Source: Podarcis gaigeae
Lineage: Eukaryota
NCBI GenBank assembly: GCA_964106915.2
Contig: OZ066920.1
DNA length: 64,000 nt
Direction: 5' to 3' (one strand)
The notes below the pieces were generated by a model. The model saw nothing but the letters and a program-made list of their open reading frames with translations, had not been told where the DNA came from and made no database searches. Numbering within the stretch: position 1 is the first letter of the stretch; every line of letters begins with the position of its first letter. This document shows positions 25,380 to 39,102 of this stretch, piece by piece. The translations under genes were made by a program, and so were the position numbers.

Positions 25380-26046
25380 TATCCTTTGTCCATCCAATTC
25401 AATGTGGATAGAAAAACTTCTTTGGTGTGTGGAGGATGAGGGTCTCTCCCAGACATCCAATAAATGATTGAGTGTGCCCTTGTCACACTTCCATCTCTCT
25501 TTATTGAAAGTGGTACCACATGTCAATGATTCAAGGAACTGTGATGATCTCTGGATCCTTGCAGCATCTGTAGAAAGGACTCTATGAACTGAAAACATAG
25601 GTGTGGTATGTACCTTTGTTATCCATGAAAATCTTTCAATAAAAGAATTTTTTTTTAAATAAAATTTAAAAAATCCCCATGGACCTCATATACAGTATTA
25701 GGAGGAATACCATGGGTACACACAGAGGCTTGTTGCAGGAACAGGGTTACCATCTCATATGTGAATGTCGCGCAACTCCATATTCAGAATGGGTATACCT
25801 GCACTGTTTTCACATACATGCTGTTTTGCTCAATGAGCATTTGATAGTTTCTATTGCTTTTTCATGAATGACGGTTATATATATTATGTGATACACAATT
25901 TATTCTTCTTGTTCTTCTCTGGGGATCAATTATAGCCGAGTAAGATTGTCTTTCATGAACATGGTTTTAAAAGTGAGTCTGTAAGTGCCTGTGGAGGCCA
26001 ATTCGGGTTCCATACATCCTTCCATGGGCGGGAGTTGATCACAGTG

Positions 26047-26411
26047 GTAAAGGTAAAGGTACCCCTGCCCGTACGGGCCAGTCGTGTCCGACTCTAGGGT
26101 TGTGCGGCCATCTCACTTAAGAGGCCGGGGGCCAGCGCTGTCCGGAGACACTTCCGGGTCACATGGCCAGCGTGACGAAGCTGCTCTGACGAGCCAGCAC
26201 CAGCACCGCACACGGAAACACCATTTACCTTCCCGCTATAAAGCGGTACCTATTTATCTACTTGCACTTAGGGGTGCTTTCGAACTGCTAGGTAGGCAGG
26301 CGCTGGGACCGAACAACGGGAGCTCACCCCGCCGCGGGGATTCAAACCGCCGACCATGCGATTGGCAAGCCCTAGGCGCTGAGGTTTTACCCACAGCGTC
26401 ACCCGCGTCCC
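26047..26411 (-). mobile_element. Sauria SINE, full length
   Basis: Reverse-complement homolog of 30874-31236 with an (ACCTTT)n tail. Confidence 0.95.
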
Positions 26412-26482
26412 AGACATATCAGATATTAAGCTGATAAGAACAGATACTACACTTGATCTTAGCCAAAAGGCTGAGAAGCGAT
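26412..26482 (-). pseudogene. RNU2: U2 snRNA 5' fragment (nt 1 to about 71), retrocopy
   Basis: ATCGCTTCTCAGCCTTTTGGCTAAGATCAAGTGTAGTATCTGTTCTTATCAGCTTAATATCTGATATGTC matches the U2 5' end, including the GTAGTA branch-point-pairing motif, with a few substitutions. Confidence 0.95.
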
Positions 26483-27621
26483 CACAGTGAGGGTTTGCCA
26501 AACATGCCTTCCTCTTCACATGTTTCTCCCTTTCTCCCTGCGTCTGAGTGTCTTCAAAGTCCTTGGCACCTTTGATAAAGGCTGTTCTCCAGTTGGAGCT
26601 CTCGCAGGCCAGAGTTTCCCAATTGCTGGTGTTTATGTGTTATATGTGTTATATTTATTATGTGAATCATTCACAGATCTATTCATCAATTCACTTTTCG
26701 ACAAACTATTGCTCTTTTCTGTTTGCATATGAACATTCTTTCTCTCTCTCTTCATGTAGCATCAACACAACCCTATAATATACTCAGAATCTCAGGGAGC
26801 CAGGAGGAAAAGCCAGATTTCTTTGATCTAACTCTTTGTCCTTTGCATTTGACCTAACAATTGTCAAACTCTCTGTGTTGTTTCAAACTCTTTTATTACA
26901 CTCACATATCTTTTCTGTTGTTGTTGTTTCAAAGAGAAACAGAAACTCCTGATGATGAAGCTGTGTTTGATCATGTGCACTCATGTAACTGCTCAACCCC
27001 AAACTGAAGCATTCAAGTTCGGATGAGACACTGTCACCGGGTAAAACAGAACAGAGTAAAAGGATTGACAATTTAGTCTACAAATGCTCAACTGACACCT
27101 TGTCCTTCACTCTGACTTGCTAAAATACAGTGGAGAGAGGGGATGGAAAGAGCCAGCATGAATTCCTTCACCATGCTGGTGAACTTTGCCTCCAAGGACT
27201 AAAATACAAGAAAGGTTTCAGAAGCGAGGGTTTCTTTGCAAAATGTCTGAGTGGTATTTCATGTGGTTAACCCATTCAGTGTTTGGAAACCTCAACCATA
27301 TGCAGCTTGCTTCCACTATTACTGAGGGCAAAAGTATATTGACAGAGGTGCAGCTGTGTCTTTAGACATGGGTCGCTCACCAACAAACACCTGTAAAGTG
27401 TGGGTGGGGTCATTTCAATTAGGAAAATGTCAAGAAGGAACGGATGCTGAACACTGCTTCAGGTTTTACCAACATTTAGCCTGCAATCTTCCACCTTCAG
27501 CTTTCTTCAAAAAAAATCTGGCCACCTAAATATGTTTCAGAGAAGGCATATTATTTAATTTGTAACCTCCTCTTTTGTATGTCTGTTACTTTGCAGAGCA
27601 GGGATGGGGAATATGGGCCTC

Positions 27622-27623
<2 letters not shown>

Positions 27624-27661
<38 letters not shown>

Positions 27662-27689
27662 TCTATCTCTATCTATCATCTATCTATCT
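27624..27689. repeat. (CA)n plus (TATC)-like compound microsatellite
   Basis: Direct observation. Confidence 0.95.
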
Positions 27690-27717
27690 GTTTCTGGCTC
27701 TCTAGACTCTCCCCATA

Positions 27718-28044
27718 GGGACGCAGGTGGCGCTGTGGGTTAAACCACAGAGCCTTAGACATGCTGATCAGAAGGTCGGTGGTTCGAATCCCTGTGATGG
27801 GGTGAGCTCCCGTTGCTCAGTCCCTGCTCCCGCCAACCTAGCAGTTCGAAAGCTCATCAAAGTGCAAGTAGATAAATAGGTACCACTCCGGTGGGAAGGT
27901 AAACAGCGCTTCCGTGCGCTGCTCTGGTTCGTCAGAAGCAGCTTAGTCATGCTGGCCACATGACCCGGAAGCTGTACGACGGCTCCCTCGGCCAATAAAG
28001 CGGCAACGACTGAACCTAATGTTCAGGGGTCCCTTTACCTTTAC
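27718..28044 (+). mobile_element. Sauria SINE
   Basis: Consensus motifs; TSD CTAGACTCTCCCCA at 27702-27715 and 28045-28058. Confidence 0.95.
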
Positions 28045-28981
28045 CTAGACTCTCCCCAGCCAAACTCAGAGGTCCTATATTTCGCACCTTCCTGGAGTAC
28101 TTTTGCCTGCCTGGAGAGTGTTCTTGAATGTTTATAATGCCTCTTGGTTGCCTGGATAAAGGTGATAATGATATATGTGAGTGTGAAGAAACCACCTTAG
28201 TATACAAGTGTAAAAATCACATGCATTGCTCTGCTCACTTTTATCTGTGTGACTGGCATGTGACCCCTGGAAGGTTACCCAGAAGGAAATGCCACCCTCA
28301 AGCTGAAAAAGGTGCCCCACCTTTTTCCACTGCTGCAGGACATTGCATACAAGGTTGGAGATAGTACTTCTTTTTTAATAAAACAAAACAAAACCAAAAC
28401 CAAAACATAAAATCTCAAAGACTGATTTTATGGTAGATTTTGCAAAGACCAGTAATACAAAAATGAATCAGTAGCAGCCTTTGATCCTGACATCTGCCCA
28501 ATGGTAAGGGCAAACTACTTTTGTAACTTTGCTTTGCATGTTCAAAGGTTAAAACCTGACAGTGGCTATGAAGCTGAGGTGGCCGTCTGCCTTTCTTTAC
28601 AGAGAACAGCCTTCTTCTGTTTGAAGGGCGGCCAGTCCAACATCAGTTTCAAGACAAATAACTGTATGAAGGGAGAACAGAAGCCTTGAAGTTGTTCTTC
28701 AACTATCAACACCTGTTCAATGGACTGGCCAGGAAGAAAAGGCCTCTTGTTCACAACCTTCCCCCTGTGGAGATATGAATGTATTTCTATGAAAATTATA
28801 GTTATTATTCCTAAATCTGCATCTCAGCATATAGATTGGCATAAACAAATGTTACAGCCTCTTCTCTGTAGCCCTGTTCAGGGAAGTTTTTAATGTGTGG
28901 CATTTTAATGTATTTTTAATCTTTGTTGGAAGCCACCCAGTGTGGCTGGGGAAGCGCAGCCAGATGGACGGGGTACAAATA

Positions 28982-28982
28982 A

Positions 28983-29030
<48 letters not shown>
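28982..29030. repeat. (ATT)n microsatellite (tail of a short L2-type 3' end)
   Basis: Direct observation. Confidence 0.95.
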
Positions 29031-29031
<1 letters not shown>

Positions 29032-30618
29032 TCTCTGGGGGAGAGAGATCTCTGTATTGACTTAGCTTTAATTCCAGCATTGCAAGTGGGGGAGTAGATG
29101 AATCTTGGGGATACCTCCCAACTCTTTAATTCTTCTACGACCACACACAGTTTTTAATATTTCCTTCAACACCCCCTTCTCCTAGTCATGTTGATTGGAG
29201 TTGGAGTACGCTGGGTAAATAACTGTGATTAATATCCAGAACTGTCAGACAAAACAAAAGATTTCCCTTCCTTTCCACCCTCTGCCCATTCCAGTTCATG
29301 GTGTTTCCCTAGTCAGGTTGCTTTTGATTTTTTTTATCCTGCAGTCACTTTAAAAAAGCTGTAGTTTTGGGAGCCCTGAATCCACAGAGAGACTTTAGGG
29401 AATCTCTGATCCAACTCAATATGCCTTCATAAGCACAATCTGCAATATGAGCACCTCAGCCAAATGACCCCCTTTTGTCTCGTAGTTCAGGAAGCACACA
29501 GCCCTTGTGAAGCATATCAGACTTGTTATACTTCCAGTTTGGAATTTCCAAAAGCATGTCCTTTCAACCTCTCACCTCCAAAAGTGTGTTTCATATTCTC
29601 AGCGGGGAACTTAATATTATCTTCCCTTTCATTGCAATCCTTGTTGACTAATGCAAATTTATTCATAGGAGGTACACGAAAGTTCTGAACGTGAGTGAAT
29701 TTTCTGTGAAGATAAATGAAAAATGAGCCAAAGTCTTACACCCAGGAGATTTGGAAAGCTATTTTATTTGAGGGTGTTGTTGCTGTGTCCCCCCCCTTTA
29801 CTCCTGAAGCTTAATGAGACCAATAGGCTTGGCAAGCTCTCTCCTGGCTCATGTAGCTAGAGGGAAGCATAGCTGTTACTGGAGCTCATCCATTCTTGCT
29901 TCCACTCTCAAAGTTAACAGCTCCACCAGATGTGCTAAAACAAGAGCTCTGCCAGGCCATCTGATAAGCTTTTTAAAATACTGAATTATTCCTGTTTTCC
30001 TTTTAAAATGATAACTTATTGATTTTCAAGAGGGTTACTTTAAAGCCCAGTGGATCTCACAGTGCTAAAAAGCTATTTGCTTATCATCCACAAATCCCAG
30101 TTCAAGCCACACTCTTTATTAAACTTGATACCATGGGGAAAAAGGGGGAGTAACTCTCTCCAGCAAAAGCTCACAAGCGAACCTTTTAATATTAAAGCTA
30201 TGTTTCTAAATTCTCTAGGTTCGTTGGCCACTTGTAGACAGCAACAATAATATAAATGAGGATCAGTGTTGACATTTTCCTCTTAAGTCTATTGTCCCTT
30301 GAACCATTTCACTGATACAGCAGGTAACTTAAAAAAACTAAAGACTTGTAAATGGCATTGTAGCCTAACAAGCTCACTTAGGAACTGTTTCCAAGTTGGA
30401 TTTTAAAAGAATAAAAAAAAGTACTCTAATGCTTAATCCCTATGTAAAATACCTTGAAAGTAGGAGCTGTATAAACTATAACATGTGTGTGGGGGGGAAT
30501 ATTTGGGATACAGTATCTGGAAAAGGGCCACAATTCAGTTATAGTTCACTGGCACCTCCAGGTGCATTTAGAAAATATTTGTGTCTGAAACTCTAGGGAA
30601 ACTCTTCATCACTTTAGG

Positions 30619-30754
30619 CCAGGGTAGTCAACTTGTTGCCCTCCAGATGTTGTAACCTACAACTCACATCATCCCCAGCCAGCAGGACCAATAGCCAGGG
30701 TTGATGAGAGTCATAATCCACAATACCTGGAAGGCACCACATTGCCTACTCCTG
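30619..30754. mobile_element. hAT-Charlie-like palindromic MITE
   Basis: CCCTCCAGATGTTG..CTACAACTC.CATCAT..GATGAGAGT..CTGGAAGG hairpin body. Older relatives near 1057-1178, 2630-2742, 52655-52765 and 57885-57990. Confidence 0.7.
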
Positions 30755-30873
30755 CTGTAGACAATACTCAACTATATTCCAATGGAATAAGGCAGCTATG
30801 TACATTTCTATGTATTTTAATCTCACAAGCTATGGCACAGCATGTTTAATGTCCAGTAAGTTGCACAGAGGAG

Positions 30874-31236
30874 GGGATGCGGGTGGCGCTGTGGGTAAAA
30901 GCCTCAGCGCCTAGGGCTTGCCGATCGAAAGGTCGGCGGTTCGAATCCCCGCGGCGGGGTGCGCTCCCGTTGCTCGGTCCCAGCGCCTGCCAACCTAGCA
31001 GTTCGAAAGCACCCTCGGGTGCAAGTAGAAAAATAGGGACCGCTTTCTAGCGGGAAGGTAAACGGCGTTTCCGTGTGCAGCTCTGGCTCGCCAGAGCAGC
31101 GATGTCACACTGGCCACGTGACCCGGAAGTGTCTTCGGACAGCGCTGGCCCCTGGCCTCTTGAGTGAGATGGGCGCACAACCCCAGAGTCTGGCAAGACT
31201 GGCCTGTACGGGCAGGGGTACCTTTACCTTTACCTT
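30874..31236 (+). mobile_element. Sauria SINE (young, CpG-rich)
   Basis: Consensus motifs; TSD TAAGTTGCACAGA at 30857-30869 and 31237-31249. Confidence 0.97.
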
Positions 31237-34104
31237 TAAGTTGCACAGAAGATATGTAGGGTACAATCCTATTCATCCTTACATAGAAGTAAGTCTTAAA
31301 AACAGTTATGAGTCTAATATCTGGGTACATATTTTCAGGATAGGGTTGTTATATGTTAAATTTCTTTTTCTTTTTTTTATTCTCAGAGATATTTGCAAAG
31401 TTTTGACAGATCTGAAAGTAAATCAATCCTGAACTGGAGTCTATGCTTGCAATGTGACAGTAACAGTTGGATAATATCAACATGGTGTTCTGATATGTGG
31501 TGCAGTTCAGAATTTCCTGTCCTCCAAAGTACTTGTTTTCTTGTGGGGCCAACTTCAGGACTTAATTTTTTGAAATTTCAATGTCACAAATCCCAAGTCT
31601 GTAAACTTGGATGGAATGCTGATCTAACTCTGTATTGATCTCTCCATATTTTTAAGCAGTAGAAGACACTAACAAATGCAACACAGTTTTATCCAGCCAG
31701 TTTTCACCAGCATACCTCATGTCTTTTCATGTTAAATTGTGCTTTATAAGATATGACTTGACGTGACTTAACACAATCCTGGAGAATATGACATTAAATG
31801 ATGTGACATGGTGGAAATTTGCAAACGACAACCAGAAGATCCACTTTGCCTGGAGGACCTGGGTAATCTCATTGTATTTCTTCTAAACCATTTACTACAT
31901 CTTTAACTCTCAGAACCAATGGTGCATCTTTTGAACATCAGTTGTCATGTTGTGCCTTGACCTTCACGCAACCATGACAGACTCAACAGGTCAATCTCAT
32001 CAGTTTCTTCTGTATGATAAACATATATATCCCATATAGTTTGTGTGTAAGAAATATCTAGACTAAAGAAAAAGGTTATGTTTGAATAATCACCTTATTT
32101 TGATCTTAACAGATGAGGATAAGACAAGACATGGCATGCTTACGGAGACAGCAACCCAATAGCTGAGATAATCATTATATTTTTACAGGATATCAAAGCT
32201 ACAATGTCTTATTTTCCTAACCAGAGCTTACAGAGTTACAAAACATTCTGTAATGGACAGGGTGGTGGGATGACACTGCTCACCTGACCTCTGGTCAGTC
32301 ATGTCGCTGCTGTTTACTGGACAGTAGCAGGTGAACAGTAAGGTGGTGGCAAGATCAGTGTGGAGCAAATCTGACACACCTGCCATGTGTTTGCACCACA
32401 CCAACCTTCCTGCTTCCTCCTCTCTGTCCCTTCTATCTGGCAGTAAGCAGCAGCAACACAACCAACTGGATGTCAGGTGAGTGGTTGTGCCCCACCATCC
32501 TGTCCTCTACTGAAAAAGTTGTTGCGGTGATGCAAACTGGAGGACAACTTTATAAGAAATGTAAGGCTTATGATACATTCATGCTCTGATAAGGTAGGTA
32601 CTAACACTCCCCCCCCCCAAGAGCAACTGGATTATTCACCAAAATCATCTTCATTTTTTAAACCTCATACCACAACTACAGCTGCTAGGTTTAGGTATGA
32701 GAGAACCGCTTCTGGAGAGTAAAGAAGCACACAGCTGGGTGTCATCAGCCAGGTGTTTCAGGTGGAAAAACATCTGTGCTGGTAAAATATTTATGAGTGA
32801 ATCTGTTTAGGGTCAGGTTGAAATGAACCATTTTACAAAGGCCATGGCAATTCACATTTACGGAGTTAGAGAACAGCCTGGTTTTTCGCATCCTGATTCA
32901 CAGCGTTGTTTAAGGTGTGGAAGTGTTGAATTTAGTCCTTGACTTCACTTAAAATTGTGGATCGAGCTACAGGCAGGCTATTTATGATTACACTGGAAAT
33001 TGCATTTCAGATACTTTCCTTTTTAAAATTTATAGCTTAGTTAATTTTGCCAATTTCTTCTTTCTTGCCCTCCCTAATTCCTGTTGTTGTCTTAGTGGAA
33101 ATTGGACGAAGACCTAGATTAATATGTTCCTGTATATTATCCTACATACTCTAATTGATTAATTGCTGGGATTCTTAGAAAGGGAAACATAAAACCAGCT
33201 TTCCTAAACATAAAACAGCTTTGTCAGGCCTTCAGTTGAAGGTGGAAATTAGATCAAAAGTTGCTGTTGAGATGTTACCAAAAAAGCTGAAAATGATTTA
33301 AACTGATATACAGATATACTTTTTAAAATGTAATTTCATTTAAATGTAAAATAGCACTGCTTCTCTTTTGTCAGTCAGTGTTTTCTCCACCCCAAAAATC
33401 CTGTATTTATTCTTGTAAAAATACATAAAATGTTTCACTCATCTGGAAAAAAAAATTCTGGCTTTTCAATATTCATTTAATTTGCTGTACTATCTTGGAG
33501 TGACTAAGAAGGGCAGGTTTTGTTTTTCTCTAAATGTATCATTTTAAGCTTTACAGCTTGGTGCAGGAAGCAGAAAACGGATGGAGAATAACAAAGAATG
33601 CAAATAATATGAGGTTTGCTATACACAAAAGTGAAGGTCTAATTAAGAAGAGCACAAAGGTGTATCAAGGCATGATCATAACAGGTTAGAAATGAATACT
33701 TTTTCTATATGCTGCATGCAGGTGAGAAAAGATGTATTTATCTGTTAGAATACAAAGCAATATTCATTACATGTTTTGTATTACATTTTTTAAATGCTCA
33801 AAAACAGTCTCTGTTTTCTATGTGGTGGCAAATTCAGTTAACATGATTTGTTTCATCAGTGCATTTTTATAATTTGCTTTCTGCATAATTTGTTGGAAAA
33901 GTGAGAGAGAAAAGACTGGAGTGAAAGGATGGCTACTTGCGGAAAGCCCAAGTGTAAAGATGGGAGCAGCTGAGAGGATGCAGGGTGATATGATGCTGGG
34001 ACAGAGCTTAAAATAAAGAAGTTAAATTAGATGTAAGTGTGCGTTTCTGTGTTTGGCCATTTTGGCTAAGCCACACCCACCTGCCCATCATATGACATCA
34101 GGGG

Positions 34105-34594
34105 TGTCAGGGACTGGACTGATCAGGAGGAATGGGAAATTAACCCCCGGTCTGATCAGTTCCTCTCAGAAGAGGAGGAGAAGGAGGGGTGAGTTTTGCA
34201 ACCCCTGTCTCCAGCAGTTTCAGAAGGAGAGAGAGACTGGGATGGTGTACAGCTGAATAAGGAGTTGCCTAGTTACGAGATACTGGAGGAGAAGGAGGAG
34301 GAAGTTAGAGAGCAGACAGCAGAGAATTCCCGGGAGAGTATGGGAGACCCTCCTAATCCAAGGGCTCAAGAACAGAGAATGTGGAAGGATGTGACTCCTG
34401 TGACTTCCAGGTTTCCAGGATGTTGTGGGAGACAGAAGAGGAGGGACTCAAAGTAGCCAACGTCTCCTATTCATGGAGACATGAATCTTTTGCCTTGCAA
34501 CCAGATTACTGAATAAAAAGCCATAAAACACAAACTGTTTGTTCTTCTTGCCTCTGAGGCTACCGGGGAAGAAGAAGATACCCCACGCCTGACA
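34105..34594 (+). mobile_element. Solo LTR (TGTCA...TGACA, probably Gypsy-type)
   Basis: TGTCAGG/CCTGACA inverted ends, AATAAA near 34512, near-TSD AGGGG/AAGGG. Confidence 0.75.
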
Positions 34595-35577
34595 AAGGGG
34601 GAGACAGCTAAAACCTTGCTGTACTGAAAGAGAGTTTTCAGGTACCTGAAAACCCCAGTGTAAAGCTATGAAAGGTGACGCTTTAGAAAGGGGATTTGCA
34701 AGAACCAGCATTCAGATTAAGACTTGCTGAGGACAATGAAAACAGACCTGATAACGTTTTACATTTGCTTACATACAGGTACATAGGCAAGAATACTGCA
34801 AATCAACAATCTAACTAAAACATATATCTCGCAGTAAGACTGTTTGCATCTGAAATATCTTTAAATGAAAAATACCTTATGATATCTTATTTAGCATATA
34901 TGAAAAATGTTATTGTACAGCAAAGCAAGAGCAATTGCAGGGTTTAGCATTTACAAAATAGATTTAGAAACACATTATGACAAATTGTGGTACTATGAAG
35001 TACATTTTTGTCCTATCAGAACAACGTCTGTTTTTCCTGTTTCCTATATTTAAAAAAACTGATCAAGTATATTTTTTATAGCCAGGGCCCCTTACAATCT
35101 GTGGACCCATGTGCATAAATCAATCACTGAATTAGCTAGTGGTTATCTCTTGCTAAGCCCCTTTTGAAGTGCTGCCTGGTGGAGTGCTTGAAAAAGAGCT
35201 TCTCAATAATGTCTTGCAAAGCACTTTGCAAAATGCTCTGATAGATGCATGCAAGGCAAAAAAAAAAAAAAGTCACCTGACACCACTGTGACATCAGGTG
35301 ACTAAAGGTGGGTGGCCCTGCCCACCAGTCTAACTTGGCCCATGAAGAGTGAAGGAAAATAACAATATGGCATGTCAGCCAGATCCTGCCTGTGTCCTTG
35401 CCCCCATTGTAGGACTCCCGTCCTATTAAGGATGGAATAAAGCAAGCCAGGTCAATGTATGTATGGAGTACAAACAACATAAGAAGCACTATGAAGACAC
35501 CAAATCTGTATAAGAGCACATAATCACACCTACTACATGGCGCTGAAGGCAGTGAAGAAGGCATACACTGCTTCCTT

Positions 35578-35856
35578 CATTGTGGTGTAGTGGTTAAGAG
35601 CGGTAGTCTCGTAATCCTGGGTAACCGGGTTCGCGTCTCCGCTCCTCCACATGCAGCTGCTGGGTGACCTTGGGCCAGTCACACTTCCTTGAAGTCTCTC
35701 ACTTCCTTGAAGTCCTTGAAGTCTCTCAGCCCCACTCACCTCACAGAGTGTTTGTTGTGGGGGAGGAAGGGAAAGGAGAATGTTAGCCGCTTTGAGACTC
35801 CTAAAGGGGAGTGAAAAGCGGGATATCAAATCCAAACTCTTCTTCTTCTTCTTCTT
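35578..35856 (+). mobile_element. tRNA-headed CORE-type SINE with (TTC)n tail
   Basis: TGGTGTAGTGGTTA A-box, GGGTTCGCGTCTCC B-box, GGGTGACCTTGGGCCAGTCAC core, GCCGCTTTGAG L2-like tail. Confidence 0.85.
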
Positions 35857-36112
35857 GGATCCTGGATAATGTCTGGACCCTGCTATTTTCACGTGACGAC
35901 AGCAGGTTTGATCTGGACTTCTAACTGCATCAGTATGGGAGATGGTGCAGTAAAGGACCATTTCTTTGCCACCTCCCTGCCCCATATCTTCTGCTTTTTA
36001 CAGTGTGAGCACTGGAACTTCAGCAAACTCCACTGCTGTTGGTCAGGAGTTCAGAATGCAGTCTACATAAATCAAAAATTCAAATGGGGGGAAATGAGTG
36101 TAGGAGGAGGTA

Positions 36113-36472
36113 AGGTAAAGGTAAAGGTACCCCTGACAATTAAGTCCAGTTGCAAACAACTCTGGGGTTGTGACACTCATCTCGCTTTACAGGCTGAGGG
36201 AGCTTGCATTTGTTCACTCTGCAGTTTTTCCAGGTCATGTTTTCAGCATGACTAAGCCGCTTCTGGCGAAACCAGAGCAGCACATGGAAATGCTGTTTAC
36301 CTTCCTGCTATTTATCTACTTGCACTTTTGGGCGTGCTTTTGAACTGCTAGGTTGGCAGGAGCAGGGACTGAGCAAGAGGCACTCACCCCATCTCAGGGA
36401 TTTGAACCACCAACCTTCAGATCGGCAAGCCCAAGGCTCAGTGGTTTAGACCACAGAGCCACCCGCGTCCCC
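36113..36472 (-). mobile_element. Sauria SINE
   Basis: Consensus motifs; TSD TGTAGGAGGAGGTA on both sides. Confidence 0.93.
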
Positions 36473-36934
36473 TTGTAGGAGGAGGTAGGAGGAGATAAAA
36501 ACATAAGCTACCACTCTCCTTTTTTGTTTTGCCTTTACTGAAATAAAAGTGTACGATCCATTAAAAGGTGCCTTCCAAGAAAGCTTTCCTTGGAAAATTA
36601 GTATGTTGAAAGTGAATATAGATCTAGGAGTATTAAATATTCCAACAGAAGGGGAAGAATCACTTGGCAATATGTCTATCGAAAGACATTAGGTGGAAAT
36701 GTTTTGACAGTGTTCCTCTGTGCGTGTATGTGTGTGTGTTTAAATAAAGCATTTCCAATTAAAATTCATGGGAAGGAGAGCAGAATAAAAATGGACATGA
36801 ATTTTAGAGAAACAGAGACAAAGGAGAAAAAGATGATTTAAACATGGCATGTCTGACCAGTCCCTACACTGCCTTGCTGAACCTCTCAATACACTTCTGG
36901 CAAACAAAGCAACCTGGGTAAGTAGTATTGCAGG

Positions 36935-37767
36935 TAGGGATGGGGGAGAATTTCTATTCAGTTTGCCTTTAAATGTGAAACTGTCAAATTTGCATTTTCA
37001 AAAACAGTATGAGAACCAAAACACAGCCATGCTTTGAAATTTGTACTTATCTGAATTTTGTGATGCAATTCTCCAACCATATAATGTTTACAAAAAGGCG
37101 TATAATAGGGAGTAGTACCCATATGTAATGGTTGTGAGGGGTTACTTGTGCGTAAATTGCCTTCAGTTTAGTTAGTTTGCTTGCCCAACCATGCTTAGGG
37201 TCAGAGCTCACCCTCCGTGACCTGTTAGTCACTTGCAGAATCCGAGAGTGGGCTTCTCTTGAACCTCTTCCAGCATAAAAGCTGTTTGACCCCGAGTCTC
37301 CTCCTCTGTTCCCTGCGCGGAACGCATCTGCGGGGCGTCCCAGCGCTCTCTCCACTAGTTTCGGGTGAAGGGTCTTGGAGCCCTGTCACCAATTCCTCCA
37401 TCTCCCTCTCTTCTCTATGGGTGTTACTCTGAAATCCTTCCCCCCTGCTAGTCCCCTCTCCGGCATCGCTCGGGAGCCCTGCCTCCGTTTCTTGCTCTGA
37501 TGGCAGTTCCCTGACACCATACAAGTGCATAATTGGCAAAAATAGAATGCAGGAATTCATTATATTTGGATATCTTGCTTGCAAGAATGTGTAGTTAAAA
37601 CAGCATACAAAAATATGTTTATTAGTAGAAATTCACACTAAAATGTGATGGATTTTCATGACGATTTTTTAAAACAGCCAAATGCTGTAAAAATATGGAG
37701 AACTGGATTTAAGATTGGATTAATGAGAAACTGAGAGAACCAAAATTAACAGATTCTCCCATCCCTA
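36935..37767. mobile_element. Old hAT-like non-autonomous element hosting a solo LTR
   Basis: TAGGGATGGGGGAGAA...TTCTCCCATCCCTA TIRs. Related copies near 51040-51339 and 59905-60200. Confidence 0.65.
37124..37516 (-). mobile_element. Solo LTR (393 bp)
   Basis: TGTAA...TGACA ends with perfect 5-bp TSD CCATA. Confidence 0.85.
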
Positions 37768-39102
37768 GTTTTCGGAGCTCCAGATATGCATAATCACTAG
37801 TATTGCTTTCTTACATAAAATGTTTGCTGGAGGCCTAGACGGGGCAAATTTGCTAGCATTTTCTATAAGTGGGAATAGGCAAGTACATTGGCACATACAG
37901 TAATCCTGAGGTTTAGACTGGAATCTACTGTGGTCACCCTTGAGATTCATAGTGAAAGGTAATACATTACAAAATCTCAGCTGGCACCATGCATATGACA
38001 ATGAGATATGTGTTTATGCCAGGGTGGAAACCTAACACTCCTTTCACAGATACTGGCCACTTTAGCACCAGATAACTATCTATTGCCTTACCTGGCTGGA
38101 GTGATAGCTTTAGGATAGCTTTAGGGAAGTGAAATGAAATTAAAGATATGGGTTGGTTATAGGGGTCTGGGTCTTCTCTCTGAGCTCCATCTTGAGGTGA
38201 ACAGGAGAAGTTTCTATCTTTTCTGTAACAGATATGCTTTTCAAATAAAAGCTCATTGATCATTATTCCTACCGTGTTGATTGAGTAATTACAAAAGGAC
38301 TCCGCTATTCTTCAGAGACCTAGCATTAAAGTTTCTCAGGGTGGTCTGGAAGGAGCCATTTGTGACAGGAGTTAATAAATAAATCCAGCCAAATCAGGTA
38401 CTTCATTAGGAGGTAAAACATCCATAAATTATCCTTCACTGTTTTAGACTTCATGATTCAAAGGAACTACAGTGCATGTTTGTCTTAAGGACAATTGAGA
38501 AGACTTGTTCCACTCTTCAGTTATCATCCTATTTCCAAGCTTTTCACCAACATAAACTTTATATATTTGTTTCAGCAAGTTAATGCTATAATTGCTGCAG
38601 TGGATAAGGGGTTTTGTCATTTATTTTAAGAAAGGGCACAGTAACAAAGGTTCTGAAAGATACAGCTAAGAATGTGTGTGTCCATGCAAACATAGCAATC
38701 TTAAATATTTACATTTTAAAGTGCACATAGAGAAGTGGCTTCAAACTAATTTTTTATTTAAATGGCAAAAGGATCATACGCAAGTGTGCCACCAGCACCT
38801 TGTATCCCCCATCCCCATATACAGAGTTCCAGAAGCTTTGCCTCTCATACTAACCTCTGCCCTTTCAAATTTCAGAAATGCATTTAGAAATGAAACATCA
38901 GAGGCTGCCCTGCCAGACAATTCAAATCAAAACAAAAATGGGGGGGGGGCAGAGATTGCTATTGTTCGCATATGCATTCATTGTCAGGACCAGATTAACT
39001 TCATGCAAATGCAAGTGGCAATTGTAGACTGCAATCCTAAACCTGCTTACTTCAGAGCAGACGTGGTTAGGATTGCAAACTTTGCAATACTGCAGGAACT
39101 TA

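Larger units (their letters stand above)
25903..26635 (-). mobile_element. RTE-clade LINE 3' fragment split by the U2-SINE insertion
   Basis: Antisense reads NWETLACESSNWRTAFIKGAKDFED...KRKACLANPHCD and continues on the other side of the insertion; ends in a GAA-rich tail. Confidence 0.75.

Noticed and set aside
26412-26482. Functional U2 gene, or a Utopia/Keno U2-targeted insertion
   Set aside because: It lacks the Sm site and 3' half, the upstream flank is RTE sequence with no snRNA promoter, and the adjoining element is a Sauria SINE.
32189-32476. Exon bounded by ttttacag and CAG|GTGAGT
   Set aside because: Overlaps an inverted-repeat element (about 32255-32505) and gives no recognisable reading frame.
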